Origin: Methanomicrobiales archaeon
Lineage (GTDB): Archaea; Halobacteriota; Methanomicrobia; Methanomicrobiales; Methanospirillaceae
Reading direction: 5' to 3'
NCBI GenBank assembly: GCA_037137755.1
Contig: JBAXJR010000002.1
Coordinates: 64,001-128,000 of the forward strand
Length of the DNA: 64,000 bases
Shown here: in pieces, positions 48,812 through 57,136 of the stretch
How positions within the stretch are numbered: the first letter of the stretch is position 1
Layout of the letters: the number at the start of each line of letters is the position of its first letter
Made by a program: the position numbers and the translations under genes
The notes under the pieces: model-generated
What the model was told of the DNA's origin: nothing
Database searches by the model: none
What the model saw: only the letters and a program-made list of their open reading frames with translations

Positions 48812-50881
48812 TTAATGTCCTTCCCTGGCTCCATCCCCGGAATACCTGTACATCCCGTTCGGCACCGTGACCTCAAACCGTGCACCCTTCCCCGGTTCAC
48901 CCGTTTCACGGATGGTGAGGCCGGTGATGGAAAGAATTTCCCGGGTAAAGAAGAGGCCCCGTACCATTGTCCCGGTGCCTTCACGATGCAAAAAGATCCG
49001 CTCTTTCTTCTCATGAGGGACACCGATCCCATCATCCTCAAAGAAGAGTACGACCCCTTCAGGAGTCGTCCGATGCCAGACCCGTATCTGGGTAACATTG
49101 CCCCCGTGGGCCAGGGAGTTCTCAAACAGTCCCTGGGACGCCTTCTCCAGCAATGGATCAGCAAAGATCTCGAGATTCTCCATTTCAATGCTGTGCAGGA
49201 CATTCCCCATTGACACATGGGAGAGACCGAACAGCAACGTCATCTTCACGTTCTGCCATGCCGGTGGTTTTGCCCCCAAATCCTGGTAATCCCTGGTAAA
49301 TTCCGCAATCTCGTTGATTGACCTTGCAGCCTGCTCGCATTTTTGTATGTTTACAATAATCCCTTCCTGTCCGCGGGCCTCCTGTATTGCAAGTTCAAGG
49401 TAACTATTCAGGACAAAGATCTCGTTCGTCAGCTCCCTTCTTGTCAGCTGGGAGAGCACATTGAGTTTCTGGTTGACTTTGAGGAGGGTGTCTTCGGCAA
49501 GCTTGCGATCGGTAATGTCCAGCGCTGTAAATGTCACACCAACAGACAGGTCAGACGGATCAACGGGTGACGATGAGAGGATGATATCTATTATTGTCCC
49601 GTCTTTCCTCTGCCAGCGGGTCCCGACTGAACCGGACCCTTTCTGTGTGATCTGGCCGTATTTCTCCCTGCCTACATATTCGAACTCCTCCTGTGACGCA
49701 TAGAGCAAAGCGGAGGAGTTACCAATGAGTTCTTCCGCGGTGTACCCGGTCATCTGGCAAATCCGGTCGTTGACTGTCCGGAAGACCCGGTTGGATACGA
49801 CCCCTATTCCAATCGGTGCGACACGGATGATGCTGCTGAGCTGGGATTCGCTCTCCTGCAGTGCGTCTACGGCCTTCTTCCTGTCGGTGATGTCGAGGAT
49901 AACGGTGAGCAGGCAGGGGGTACCAGCAACCTCAATCACTGTAGCGGAGAATAATCCGTCCAGCACTTCGTGGTCCTTCCGGGTGACTTTCACATCCAGG
50001 TCCCGCACCTGCCCGGTCGCTGCGAGCTGGCCCTGGATGACCTCCCACTGTGCAGGGTCAGGATACAGGCCGAGATCCGATAGCGTTCTCCCGATGACCT
50101 CTTCCCGGGAATAGCCCAGGGTCTTCAGGAACGATTGATTCACGTCAAGAAATCTGCCTTCTTCGATCGAAGATACTGCCATAAGTGCGGGATTTGTATG
50201 AAATGCACTGGAAAACTTGTCCTCTGAAGCTTTAAGACGCCGTTGCTCCCGGATATTGCGTCGCTGGGTGAGCCCAAACGTTACGACAAGTAGCAGGATG
50301 AGGAGGGTTGTCGTTACGATTGTCGCAGAATCCCGTGCAATGGTGTAATTCCAGTACCTGGCATCAACATCCGTCCCGTAGAGAGCGACGGACTGCCCCG
50401 TTTTCTTATCGGATACCGGAACTAACGCACTCATCCAGGTGCCCCAGCGGTCGGATACCGGACCCTCCGTCATCTCTGTCTGATCGGAAAATGCACTTAA
50501 GATAACGGGTGTTACCTCGTTATAGACCTGCCCGGGAGGTGAGTTTGCCCAGGAGCCTTCAGGTTCTGAGTCAACATAGAATATTATCCCTTCAGGACGC
50601 TGGCCAATCAGGTATGCAAACCGTATAGACGGATCTGCAGCACGAAGTCGTACCATCTGGGCTTTCAGTTGCTGGTAGTCTGTGGAACCGAGGTCGGACG
50701 GTGAACCATTTAATGACTCTATCATCGCAGGATCGATACTTTCTACTGCAATTCTCGTTTTTGTCAGCAGATCTTTCCGCATCTGCTGGTCCAGTTGTTG
50801 TGCAGTCCAGGCCGTAAGGACCACCCCGGCGATGATGATGATCACGGCGATTATCTGCCACCATCTGATATTCCGTGTCAT
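48812..50881 (-). CDS. Membrane sensor: extracellular domain-(PAS)2-histidine-kinase-like, H-box His replaced by Arg
   Basis: Two TM helices flank a Cache-like domain (EGPVSDRWGTWMSALVP); two PAS. H-box LTRRELTN; G2 degenerate (GTMVRGLF). Confidence 0.88.
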   Translation of the reverse strand: MTRNIRWWQIIAVIIIIAGVVLTAWTAQQLDQQMRKDLLTKTRIAVESIDPAMIESLNGSPSDLGSTDYQQLKAQMVRLRAADPSIRFAYLIGQRPEGIIFYVDSEPEGSWANSPPGQVYNEVTPVILSAFSDQTEMTEGPVSDRWGTWMSALVPVSDKKTGQSVALYGTDVDARYWNYTIARDSATIVTTTLLILLLVVTFGLTQRRNIREQRRLKASEDKFSSAFHTNPALMAVSSIEEGRFLDVNQSFLKTLGYSREEVIGRTLSDLGLYPDPAQWEVIQGQLAATGQVRDLDVKVTRKDHEVLDGLFSATVIEVAGTPCLLTVILDITDRKKAVDALQESESQLSSIIRVAPIGIGVVSNRVFRTVNDRICQMTGYTAEELIGNSSALLYASQEEFEYVGREKYGQITQKGSGSVGTRWQRKDGTIIDIILSSSPVDPSDLSVGVTFTALDITDRKLAEDTLLKVNQKLNVLSQLTRRELTNEIFVLNSYLELAIQEARGQEGIIVNIQKCEQAARSINEIAEFTRDYQDLGAKPPAWQNVKMTLLFGLSHVSMGNVLHSIEMENLEIFADPLLEKASQGLFENSLAHGGNVTQIRVWHRTTPEGVVLFFEDDGIGVPHEKKERIFLHREGTGTMVRGLFFTREILSITGLTIRETGEPGKGARFEVTVPNGMYRYSGDGAREGH

Positions 50882-51206
50882 AGCATCCTGACCCCGCCGA
50901 TCATCGCCCGTCCGGAACCTGCCCGGGTGAAGGATAACATCGCTATCAGATACCTTCCACGACAGAAAGCCAGGTCTCTTTCGGCACCAATATTTCGAAC
51001 CGTACCCTCATCACCACGGTTAAAACGTCTCCAGGATAGTGAGGGTACATTCGTGTTCATAATGGAATGGATCATAAATGTTATACTATTAATAATGTGG
51101 GTGTGACTATCCCGGGAAGTCCCTGCATAGCCTTGTGAACTGTTTGCAGGTCCTCCTGAAAACGTGCTGTAAAAGATCGTCAGATGGGAAAAAGACGGTT
51201 GTGAAA

Positions 51207-53486
51207 TTAATTTCCATTGACGATGACCAGGTCCTTTTTGACCGATACATTACTGACGACCAAACCGGTACCTGCATCCAGTTTCAGGACCATCAGGGTA
51301 ACATTATAGAACCCTGGGAACCGGTAGGTATGAACCGGGTTACTGGTTGTTGAATTTGTCCCGTCTCCAAAATCATAATTTAAGAATATAGGGTTTCCTG
51401 TTGACATATCTGTAAATGTTACCGTTAATGGTGCCTTGCCGGTAACTGGAGAGGCAGTGAATGATGCAACCAGGGGTTCTACAGGTACCCGGGCCACGTT
51501 GATGATACCTGTCTTTGTTGCAACGCTGCACATGACCGAGTTCGATGTAGCATTGTATTTCGTAATGGTCAGGTTAATCGTGTAGATTCCCGGGTACCTG
51601 TAGCGGTGGACCGGGTGCGGACCGGTCATGGTAACGCCATCCCCGAAATTGTAAACATACATCTCCGGCTTCCCGATGGATGTATCCGTGCATTGCACGG
51701 TCAGCGGGGCCGTGCCACCTGTGGGGGAGACGGTGAAATCTGCGAGTAAAACTGGTTTCGGAGCAGGACTAACGGTGATGTAGTTCGTCCTGACGAGGGT
51801 ACCAGGCCCGCCGGGTCCAGTAACGTTCAGTCTTACCGAATACGTTCCGGCATTGGTGTACGTGTAATCGGGGTTCTGCAAAATGCTGCCAGTTGTCCCG
51901 TTATTGGTGAAGTCCCAGGCGTACGAAGTATTAGGATCTTTTGACGTGGCAGTGAAATGAACGGCCAGGGGGGCACTCCCTGTTACCGGGGTGCCGCTGA
52001 AATCTGCGACCGGGAGAACGGTGACTGTGAACGAGGCGGTTGTCCCGGGAACAACCGCTCCCGATACATCAGAACCGGTAAGACTGACGGTATAAATGCC
52101 CGGCGTTGAAAGCCCCTTAACCTCTATGCCGAATTCCCAGAGTGAATTGAACCGTGTCTGGCTCCCCTGTGTGTAAAGCCTTGACAGGTTCACCTCATGC
52201 CGGGTCGTAGAAACGATACCCCCTTGTGAATCTGTGATCGTGCAGGTGATCAGGGCAATCCGGTTGTTAATGGCATACTCGTACGGAGTGCCGGTTGAAG
52301 ACACGGTCGACGCAATCGGTTTTGTTGCCCCGTAGATGATAAACTCCTTTCCGGATGGGAAAGAAATCCCGTCGGACATGTCAAAGTCCAGGTTTTTTGG
52401 CGTTGATACATCGTACGGGTCAAAGAGGTTTTCATAGCTGGTACTGGTCCGGGTAATAATTTCCACCCGGGCGAGGTTTAACCGGGATGAAGGGAGGAAG
52501 GGGACGGGTGTGCCAGCAATCGTCTGTATCATTCCAGAACCCGCATTGTTGTAGGTAATAGACGGTTCGCCAATGTCATAGGCGAGGAATGTTGTGTCGG
52601 CGGTGTCCTGGAGGTTATACCGAAGAATAGCAGCTAGTTCGATCTTGTATGTTGTGCTGCCATTGTTGATATTGTAGACAAACATCGTGTTATTCGCTAC
52701 CTGCGGGGTGTCGATAATGGTCCCGGGGCGGTCGTTCACGATCTCAATCCCGTTGTTAGGCTTCCACCGGCCAGGGGCTTCGTACCACCTGCTGCTGTCA
52801 ACCGGGTCCGTAAAATATCCCGGAAACCAGTCAATATAGGTACGGCGGTTATTGGTAATTGCGTATCGGATGATGGCATTTTTATTCGGGATATTCCGGA
52901 ATGATCCAAGCACTGCGTTGGTAATGCCGAACGTCACCGTCTTCGTTGCGACCTGTCCGGCAAGGTCCCCTGAGTGCCCTGTCACCCTGATCGTATAGTT
53001 GCCTGCTGCCAGATCTGTAAGCGGTACCCCGTTGCTGTCAGAATAACTGGTATCGAAATTCTTTGTGACCCCTCCAAGTATGAGCCCCATGTAGTAGGAA
53101 TTAGTCACCACGACCTTATTGGAAGGGTCAAGGATACTTCCCGGGGTTTTCACCAGGTCCGGTACCATTACATTGTTCTTCCGGGTGGCATTCGTGTAGG
53201 TGGTATCGATCACGCTTTCATTGGTGATGCCGGTCACGGGGTCGACCAGGCTTCTCACCACCCGGACCGGCGTGCCGGTTGCAGAGTCTCCCCGGAACAC
53301 CTCGATCATAATATCTCCGGGTTTCCCGACCGCTTCCGGAAAAATACCGTACACATAAAAATCACGCATCTCGGCCAGGTTTGTCTCATGTACACTTGGC
53401 TGGGTAATTAACAGGTCCTGTGCACTGGCAACCGGTATGAAAAGGAACAGGATTATCAGGGTGGGGACCAGGAAGGCCGGTTTCAT
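51207..53486 (-). CDS. Secreted protein: large uncharacterised N-domain plus three PKD domains
   Basis: Signal MKPAF...PVASA; PKD motifs ADFSGTPVTGSAPLAVHFT, WDF, YTYTNAGTYSV, FGDG...HRYRYPGIY, FGDG...HTYRFPGFY. Confidence 0.87.
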   Translation of the reverse strand: MKPAFLVPTLIILFLFIPVASAQDLLITQPSVHETNLAEMRDFYVYGIFPEAVGKPGDIMIEVFRGDSATGTPVRVVRSLVDPVTGITNESVIDTTYTNATRKNNVMVPDLVKTPGSILDPSNKVVVTNSYYMGLILGGVTKNFDTSYSDSNGVPLTDLAAGNYTIRVTGHSGDLAGQVATKTVTFGITNAVLGSFRNIPNKNAIIRYAITNNRRTYIDWFPGYFTDPVDSSRWYEAPGRWKPNNGIEIVNDRPGTIIDTPQVANNTMFVYNINNGSTTYKIELAAILRYNLQDTADTTFLAYDIGEPSITYNNAGSGMIQTIAGTPVPFLPSSRLNLARVEIITRTSTSYENLFDPYDVSTPKNLDFDMSDGISFPSGKEFIIYGATKPIASTVSSTGTPYEYAINNRIALITCTITDSQGGIVSTTRHEVNLSRLYTQGSQTRFNSLWEFGIEVKGLSTPGIYTVSLTGSDVSGAVVPGTTASFTVTVLPVADFSGTPVTGSAPLAVHFTATSKDPNTSYAWDFTNNGTTGSILQNPDYTYTNAGTYSVRLNVTGPGGPGTLVRTNYITVSPAPKPVLLADFTVSPTGGTAPLTVQCTDTSIGKPEMYVYNFGDGVTMTGPHPVHRYRYPGIYTINLTITKYNATSNSVMCSVATKTGIINVARVPVEPLVASFTASPVTGKAPLTVTFTDMSTGNPIFLNYDFGDGTNSTTSNPVHTYRFPGFYNVTLMVLKLDAGTGLVVSNVSVKKDLVIVNGN

Positions 53487-53604
53487 GGAACGGTTATTAT
53501 CGTGTGAACCGTTTAACCTTTTCTGAGAAAATTTCCTAAAACCCGAAAGAGCATGCGTATTTCCATGATGTTCGATCCGGGGCTGAAATAGGGAAATGAG
53601 AAAT

Positions 53605-53828
53605 TTAGTTGTCCCGGTCGACAAGAAAGGCGATTTTCACGACCGCACGATATTCCACAATCTGATCATTTCCCACTTTGGCTGTGCATCTTTTCAGGTC
53701 TACACCCTTGATGTTCCTTACGGTTTTTGCAGCCTCTCTGACCGCATTTGCTGCTGCTTCTTCCCAGCTCTTTGGTGAACTACTGATCAACTCGTAATCT
53801 TGACCACTGAATCATATTCTTTGGACAT
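53605..53828 (-). pseudogene. Dodecin (flavin-binding) with a 1-bp deletion
   Basis: ATG 53828 gives MSKEYDSVVKIT, then the frame breaks (ACG AG TTG where ACG GAG TTG is expected). It continues ELISSSPKSWEEAAANAVREAAKTVRNIKGV...VEYRAVVKIAF. Total length 224 nt. Confidence 0.85.
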
Positions 53829-53883
53829 ATTTTCACTTCATCCCTAAATGGAAAGATGGTCCATTTTATCCTTTCGCAAGCCT

Positions 53884-54110
53884 GGGGACCCGGTAATCAT
53901 CCCGGCAGTGTTCGCCATTGCCACCGGTTTACCGGTGATCATAATCTCATATCTTCTCGTAGCGGGTGTGGGAAACGCAGTGGAAATGTTAAGAAAATGG
54001 GGGAGATCGAACCCTGGATCCGGAGAGCGGTTGCAGTCTTATATATCGTGTTCGGGTTGTACTTCATTGCCATCATCCCTGGAATTTGTTTTTTCCAGAA
54101 ACGAACGTGA
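53884..54110 (+). pseudogene. 5'-truncated, frameshifted membrane permease fragment (ArsG/CcdA-like C-terminus)
   Basis: GDPVIIPAVFAIATGLPVIIISYLL, then a shift at an A-run near 53995 to MGEIEPWIRRAVAVLYIVFGLYFI. Confidence 0.55.
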
Positions 54111-54220
54111 TACAGAGCGCGATCTTCATGGATTTCCGGTAATCACGGACGGTATCGTGTTTCATGGTATACGCTGCAACTGCCAGGTGGTGAGGAGACC
54201 GGGTGTCGCCACCGGAAAAA

Positions 54221-57136
54221 TTACCTGTACGCTCCATTCGGCACGCTTATCTCGAACCGTGCCCCCTTCCCCGGCTCCCCGGTTTCCCTGATGGTGATAT
54301 TTGTGATATCAAGAATTTCCCGCACAAAGAAGAGACCCCGCACCGAGGCACGGACGCCGTCTACCCGTAAAAAGATCTTCGCCTTAATTTCCTGCGGGAT
54401 GCCGGTACTATCGTCCTCGTAGAAGATGGTGGCCCCTGTGGGGGTGATGGTATGCCAGATCCTGATCCTGGTGACGTGGCCCCCATGTGCCAGCGAGTTC
54501 TCGAAGAGGCCCTGGCATGCCTTTTCCAGCAGGGGGTCGGCAAATATCCCGAGGTCTCCGGTCTCAATGCTATGCTGTATTTCCCCGATGGAGATGTGAG
54601 AGATGCCAAAAAGGAACGCCAGTTTCACGTTCTGCCATACCGGGGGTTTAATTCCCATGTCCTGGTAATCCCTCGTGAATTCTGTAATCTCGTTGATAGA
54701 CCTGGCTGCCTGTTCCCCTTTAATTATACTTTCGATAACAGGATCATGTCCCGCGGCCAGTTTCTTTGCCAGTTCAAGGTAGCCATTCAGGATAAATATC
54801 TGGCTTGTCAGGTCCTTTCTTGTCAACTCCGAGAGCACGTTGAGCTTCTGGTTAACCCGGAGAAGGGTGTCTTCGATACGCTTCTGCTCGGTAATGTCGG
54901 TGTGTGTCCCCACCATTCTGACAGGGTTACCCTCTGCATCCCGGTCAACCACCATGCCCCTGGTAAGGACCCACTTCCAGTTCCCCAGCTTTGTCCGCAT
55001 CCGGAATTCGATGGAATATCCTTCATTCCTGCTGATCGAGGCCTGGATCATCCGTTCAGTGGCAGGCAGGTCGTCCGGATGAACAAGCGAGCGCCAGGTG
55101 GCATACGAACCTGGCATCTCATTGGGTTCATAGCCGAGCATGGTATACCAGTGGGGACTGAAGAATGCTGTACCGGTTGGGACATTCCAGTCCCAGATAC
55201 CGTCATTGGTCGCATCCAGCGCGAGACTGAAGCGTTCCTCGCTCTTCCACAGGTCTCTCTGGATGGCACTGAGCTCATCGAACTGCGCCTTGAGTTCTTC
55301 CTCAGTTGCTACCAGTTCCTCGTTGGCCGCCTGAAGTTCCTCGTTCTGCCGTTCCAGTTTCTCTTCAATCTTTTTGCGTTCGGTCAGGTCCGTTGCTATG
55401 CTGAGCAGTACCTCCCTGCCCCCCCAGTTGATAATTCTGGCATTGACATGCAGCGGGAATGTCGAACCATCTTTCCGGTAGTGGTATACGTCAAAATCGG
55501 CCATTCCCAGGGTATGGAGGTCCTGCATTCGTTCATCGATTAATTTTTCCGTTTCCGGTACATCGAGGTCGCGAAGGTGTATCTCGAGGAATTCCCCGCG
55601 GGTAAATCCATGCAGCCGGAGGGTTTCCTCGTTGACATAGAGCATGTTCCCGTCAAAATCATGGACGATTAACGATGCCGGGGCATCGTCTGCCATCCGG
55701 GCGAGAAGCCTGATCTCTTCTTCTGCCCGTGTGCGATCGGTGATGTCTTCCCCGGACCGGAGGGTCCCGGTAATCACCTGTTTTTCATCCCGTATGAGGG
55801 TACTATGCCAGGAAACCAGGCGTTCCTCCCCTCCTGCTGTTACGATGATGTTTTCAACCTGCTCCGGCTGATCCACCGCCCCGGTCACTATCCTGACAAA
55901 TAGCTCCCTGCTCGCTTCCCGTAACCGTTCGGGCAGGAACGTATCAAACCAGTTCTTTCCGAGAATTTCCTCTTCACTGCGTCCCAGCAACCTGCACCCT
56001 GCCGGGTTTACCATGATCACCGCCTGGTCGGCACCAATGGCAAGGACGGTAGTCCCCACGATCTCCAGGTAAGAACGGGCCTTTTCGCGTTCATTGCGCA
56101 GATCTTTCTCTGATTCGTACAGTTCCCTGTAGAACCGGGTGCTCTCTCCCCGCCATACCATGCCGATAACGGCCCCGATTCCAACAAGGAGGATGGCTAC
56201 AATCCCCATCAGGAGGATAAACTGCTCCCTTAACGGTCCGTACACTTCCGAGGTATCCATCCGGGCGACGAGGGACCATGGTGTACCAGGGACTTTCCGG
56301 ATGGCGGCAATGACCGGTACACCCCGGTAATCTGCACCCTCAACCATACCCTCCTCGCCAAGTGCTGCTTTTACTGCAGGGACCTCAGTCCGGTCCAACG
56401 GGATCCGCAGTGTAAGGGGCGGGTTATTGCTGAATTTAAGGTTATTAAGATAGACTACCTCGTTGCCTTCCTGGCGGACGATCAGGGTCTCTGCCGATGC
56501 ACTCGGGCCGGGCCATTCATTGATAAACGGATAGAGATATGACCCGGGATCAACCTGGAACGCAAGGAATCCCAGGGGCTGGCCCCCTTCCTGGTCGTCA
56601 TACAGGGGGACAACGATGGTAAGGTAGATCTTCTGGTCAGTATCATCCCGGTAGAAGTCGAGGACCGTGATATTCCCGGAGACAAGGATCCTGGGTAGTT
56701 CCCGGCTCACGGTTGCGGCAACCGGGTTTTGTGTGTCGGGGACTGACATGCGGAGGGTACCGGTCGTATCCATCAGGTACACCCTGTCATACTGGTTGTA
56801 ACTCAGTTCTTTCTCCAGCCATGCCCGGACCTCCCCTTGCGTTTCGGTATCATTCGTGTCGTTGAAGAGGTGGCGGACACGCGAAGAGAAGAGGGGATTG
56901 TGGAAAAAAGTCCCGGCATCACCCATCCGCTCGGTTTTCCAGTCCACCAGCTCATTTACTTTCAAATCTGAAATGGCGGTCAGCTGGTGATCTATCTCCA
57001 CCTTGTAATTTCTCTCGTAATGCTGGTAGTAAACGTAACTGGTAACGAGGATCGCCGCTGTCATGATAACAAACAGTATGACCAGGAGGTACCGGACACG
57101 CTGCCCGTTTACCCGGTCCGGACCAACGCCGCTCAT
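54221..57136 (-). CDS. Membrane sensor: dCache-(PAS)3-histidine-kinase-like, H-box His replaced by Lys
   Basis: Two TM helices, dCache (SAETLIVR, DYRGVPVIAAIRKVPGTPWSLVARMD), three PAS, coiled coil EELQAANEEL. H-box LTRKDLTS; G1 DDSTG; G2 degenerate. ATGA overlap with the upstream gene. Confidence 0.9.
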   Translation of the reverse strand: MSGVGPDRVNGQRVRYLLVILFVIMTAAILVTSYVYYQHYERNYKVEIDHQLTAISDLKVNELVDWKTERMGDAGTFFHNPLFSSRVRHLFNDTNDTETQGEVRAWLEKELSYNQYDRVYLMDTTGTLRMSVPDTQNPVAATVSRELPRILVSGNITVLDFYRDDTDQKIYLTIVVPLYDDQEGGQPLGFLAFQVDPGSYLYPFINEWPGPSASAETLIVRQEGNEVVYLNNLKFSNNPPLTLRIPLDRTEVPAVKAALGEEGMVEGADYRGVPVIAAIRKVPGTPWSLVARMDTSEVYGPLREQFILLMGIVAILLVGIGAVIGMVWRGESTRFYRELYESEKDLRNEREKARSYLEIVGTTVLAIGADQAVIMVNPAGCRLLGRSEEEILGKNWFDTFLPERLREASRELFVRIVTGAVDQPEQVENIIVTAGGEERLVSWHSTLIRDEKQVITGTLRSGEDITDRTRAEEEIRLLARMADDAPASLIVHDFDGNMLYVNEETLRLHGFTRGEFLEIHLRDLDVPETEKLIDERMQDLHTLGMADFDVYHYRKDGSTFPLHVNARIINWGGREVLLSIATDLTERKKIEEKLERQNEELQAANEELVATEEELKAQFDELSAIQRDLWKSEERFSLALDATNDGIWDWNVPTGTAFFSPHWYTMLGYEPNEMPGSYATWRSLVHPDDLPATERMIQASISRNEGYSIEFRMRTKLGNWKWVLTRGMVVDRDAEGNPVRMVGTHTDITEQKRIEDTLLRVNQKLNVLSELTRKDLTSQIFILNGYLELAKKLAAGHDPVIESIIKGEQAARSINEITEFTRDYQDMGIKPPVWQNVKLAFLFGISHISIGEIQHSIETGDLGIFADPLLEKACQGLFENSLAHGGHVTRIRIWHTITPTGATIFYEDDSTGIPQEIKAKIFLRVDGVRASVRGLFFVREILDITNITIRETGEPGKGARFEISVPNGAYR

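Noticed and set aside
53787-53789. TGA in the dodecin start frame as a selenocysteine or read-through codon
   Set aside because: Homology continues in a different frame, so this is an indel rather than recoding. I saw no Sec/Pyl read-through case elsewhere in the window.
54452-55543. 363-aa plus-strand ORF and the many other antisense ORFs (e.g. 200-862, 7103-7723, 23809-24474, 47760-48503)
   Set aside because: They are shadows of well-supported genes on the opposite strand and carry no motifs of their own.
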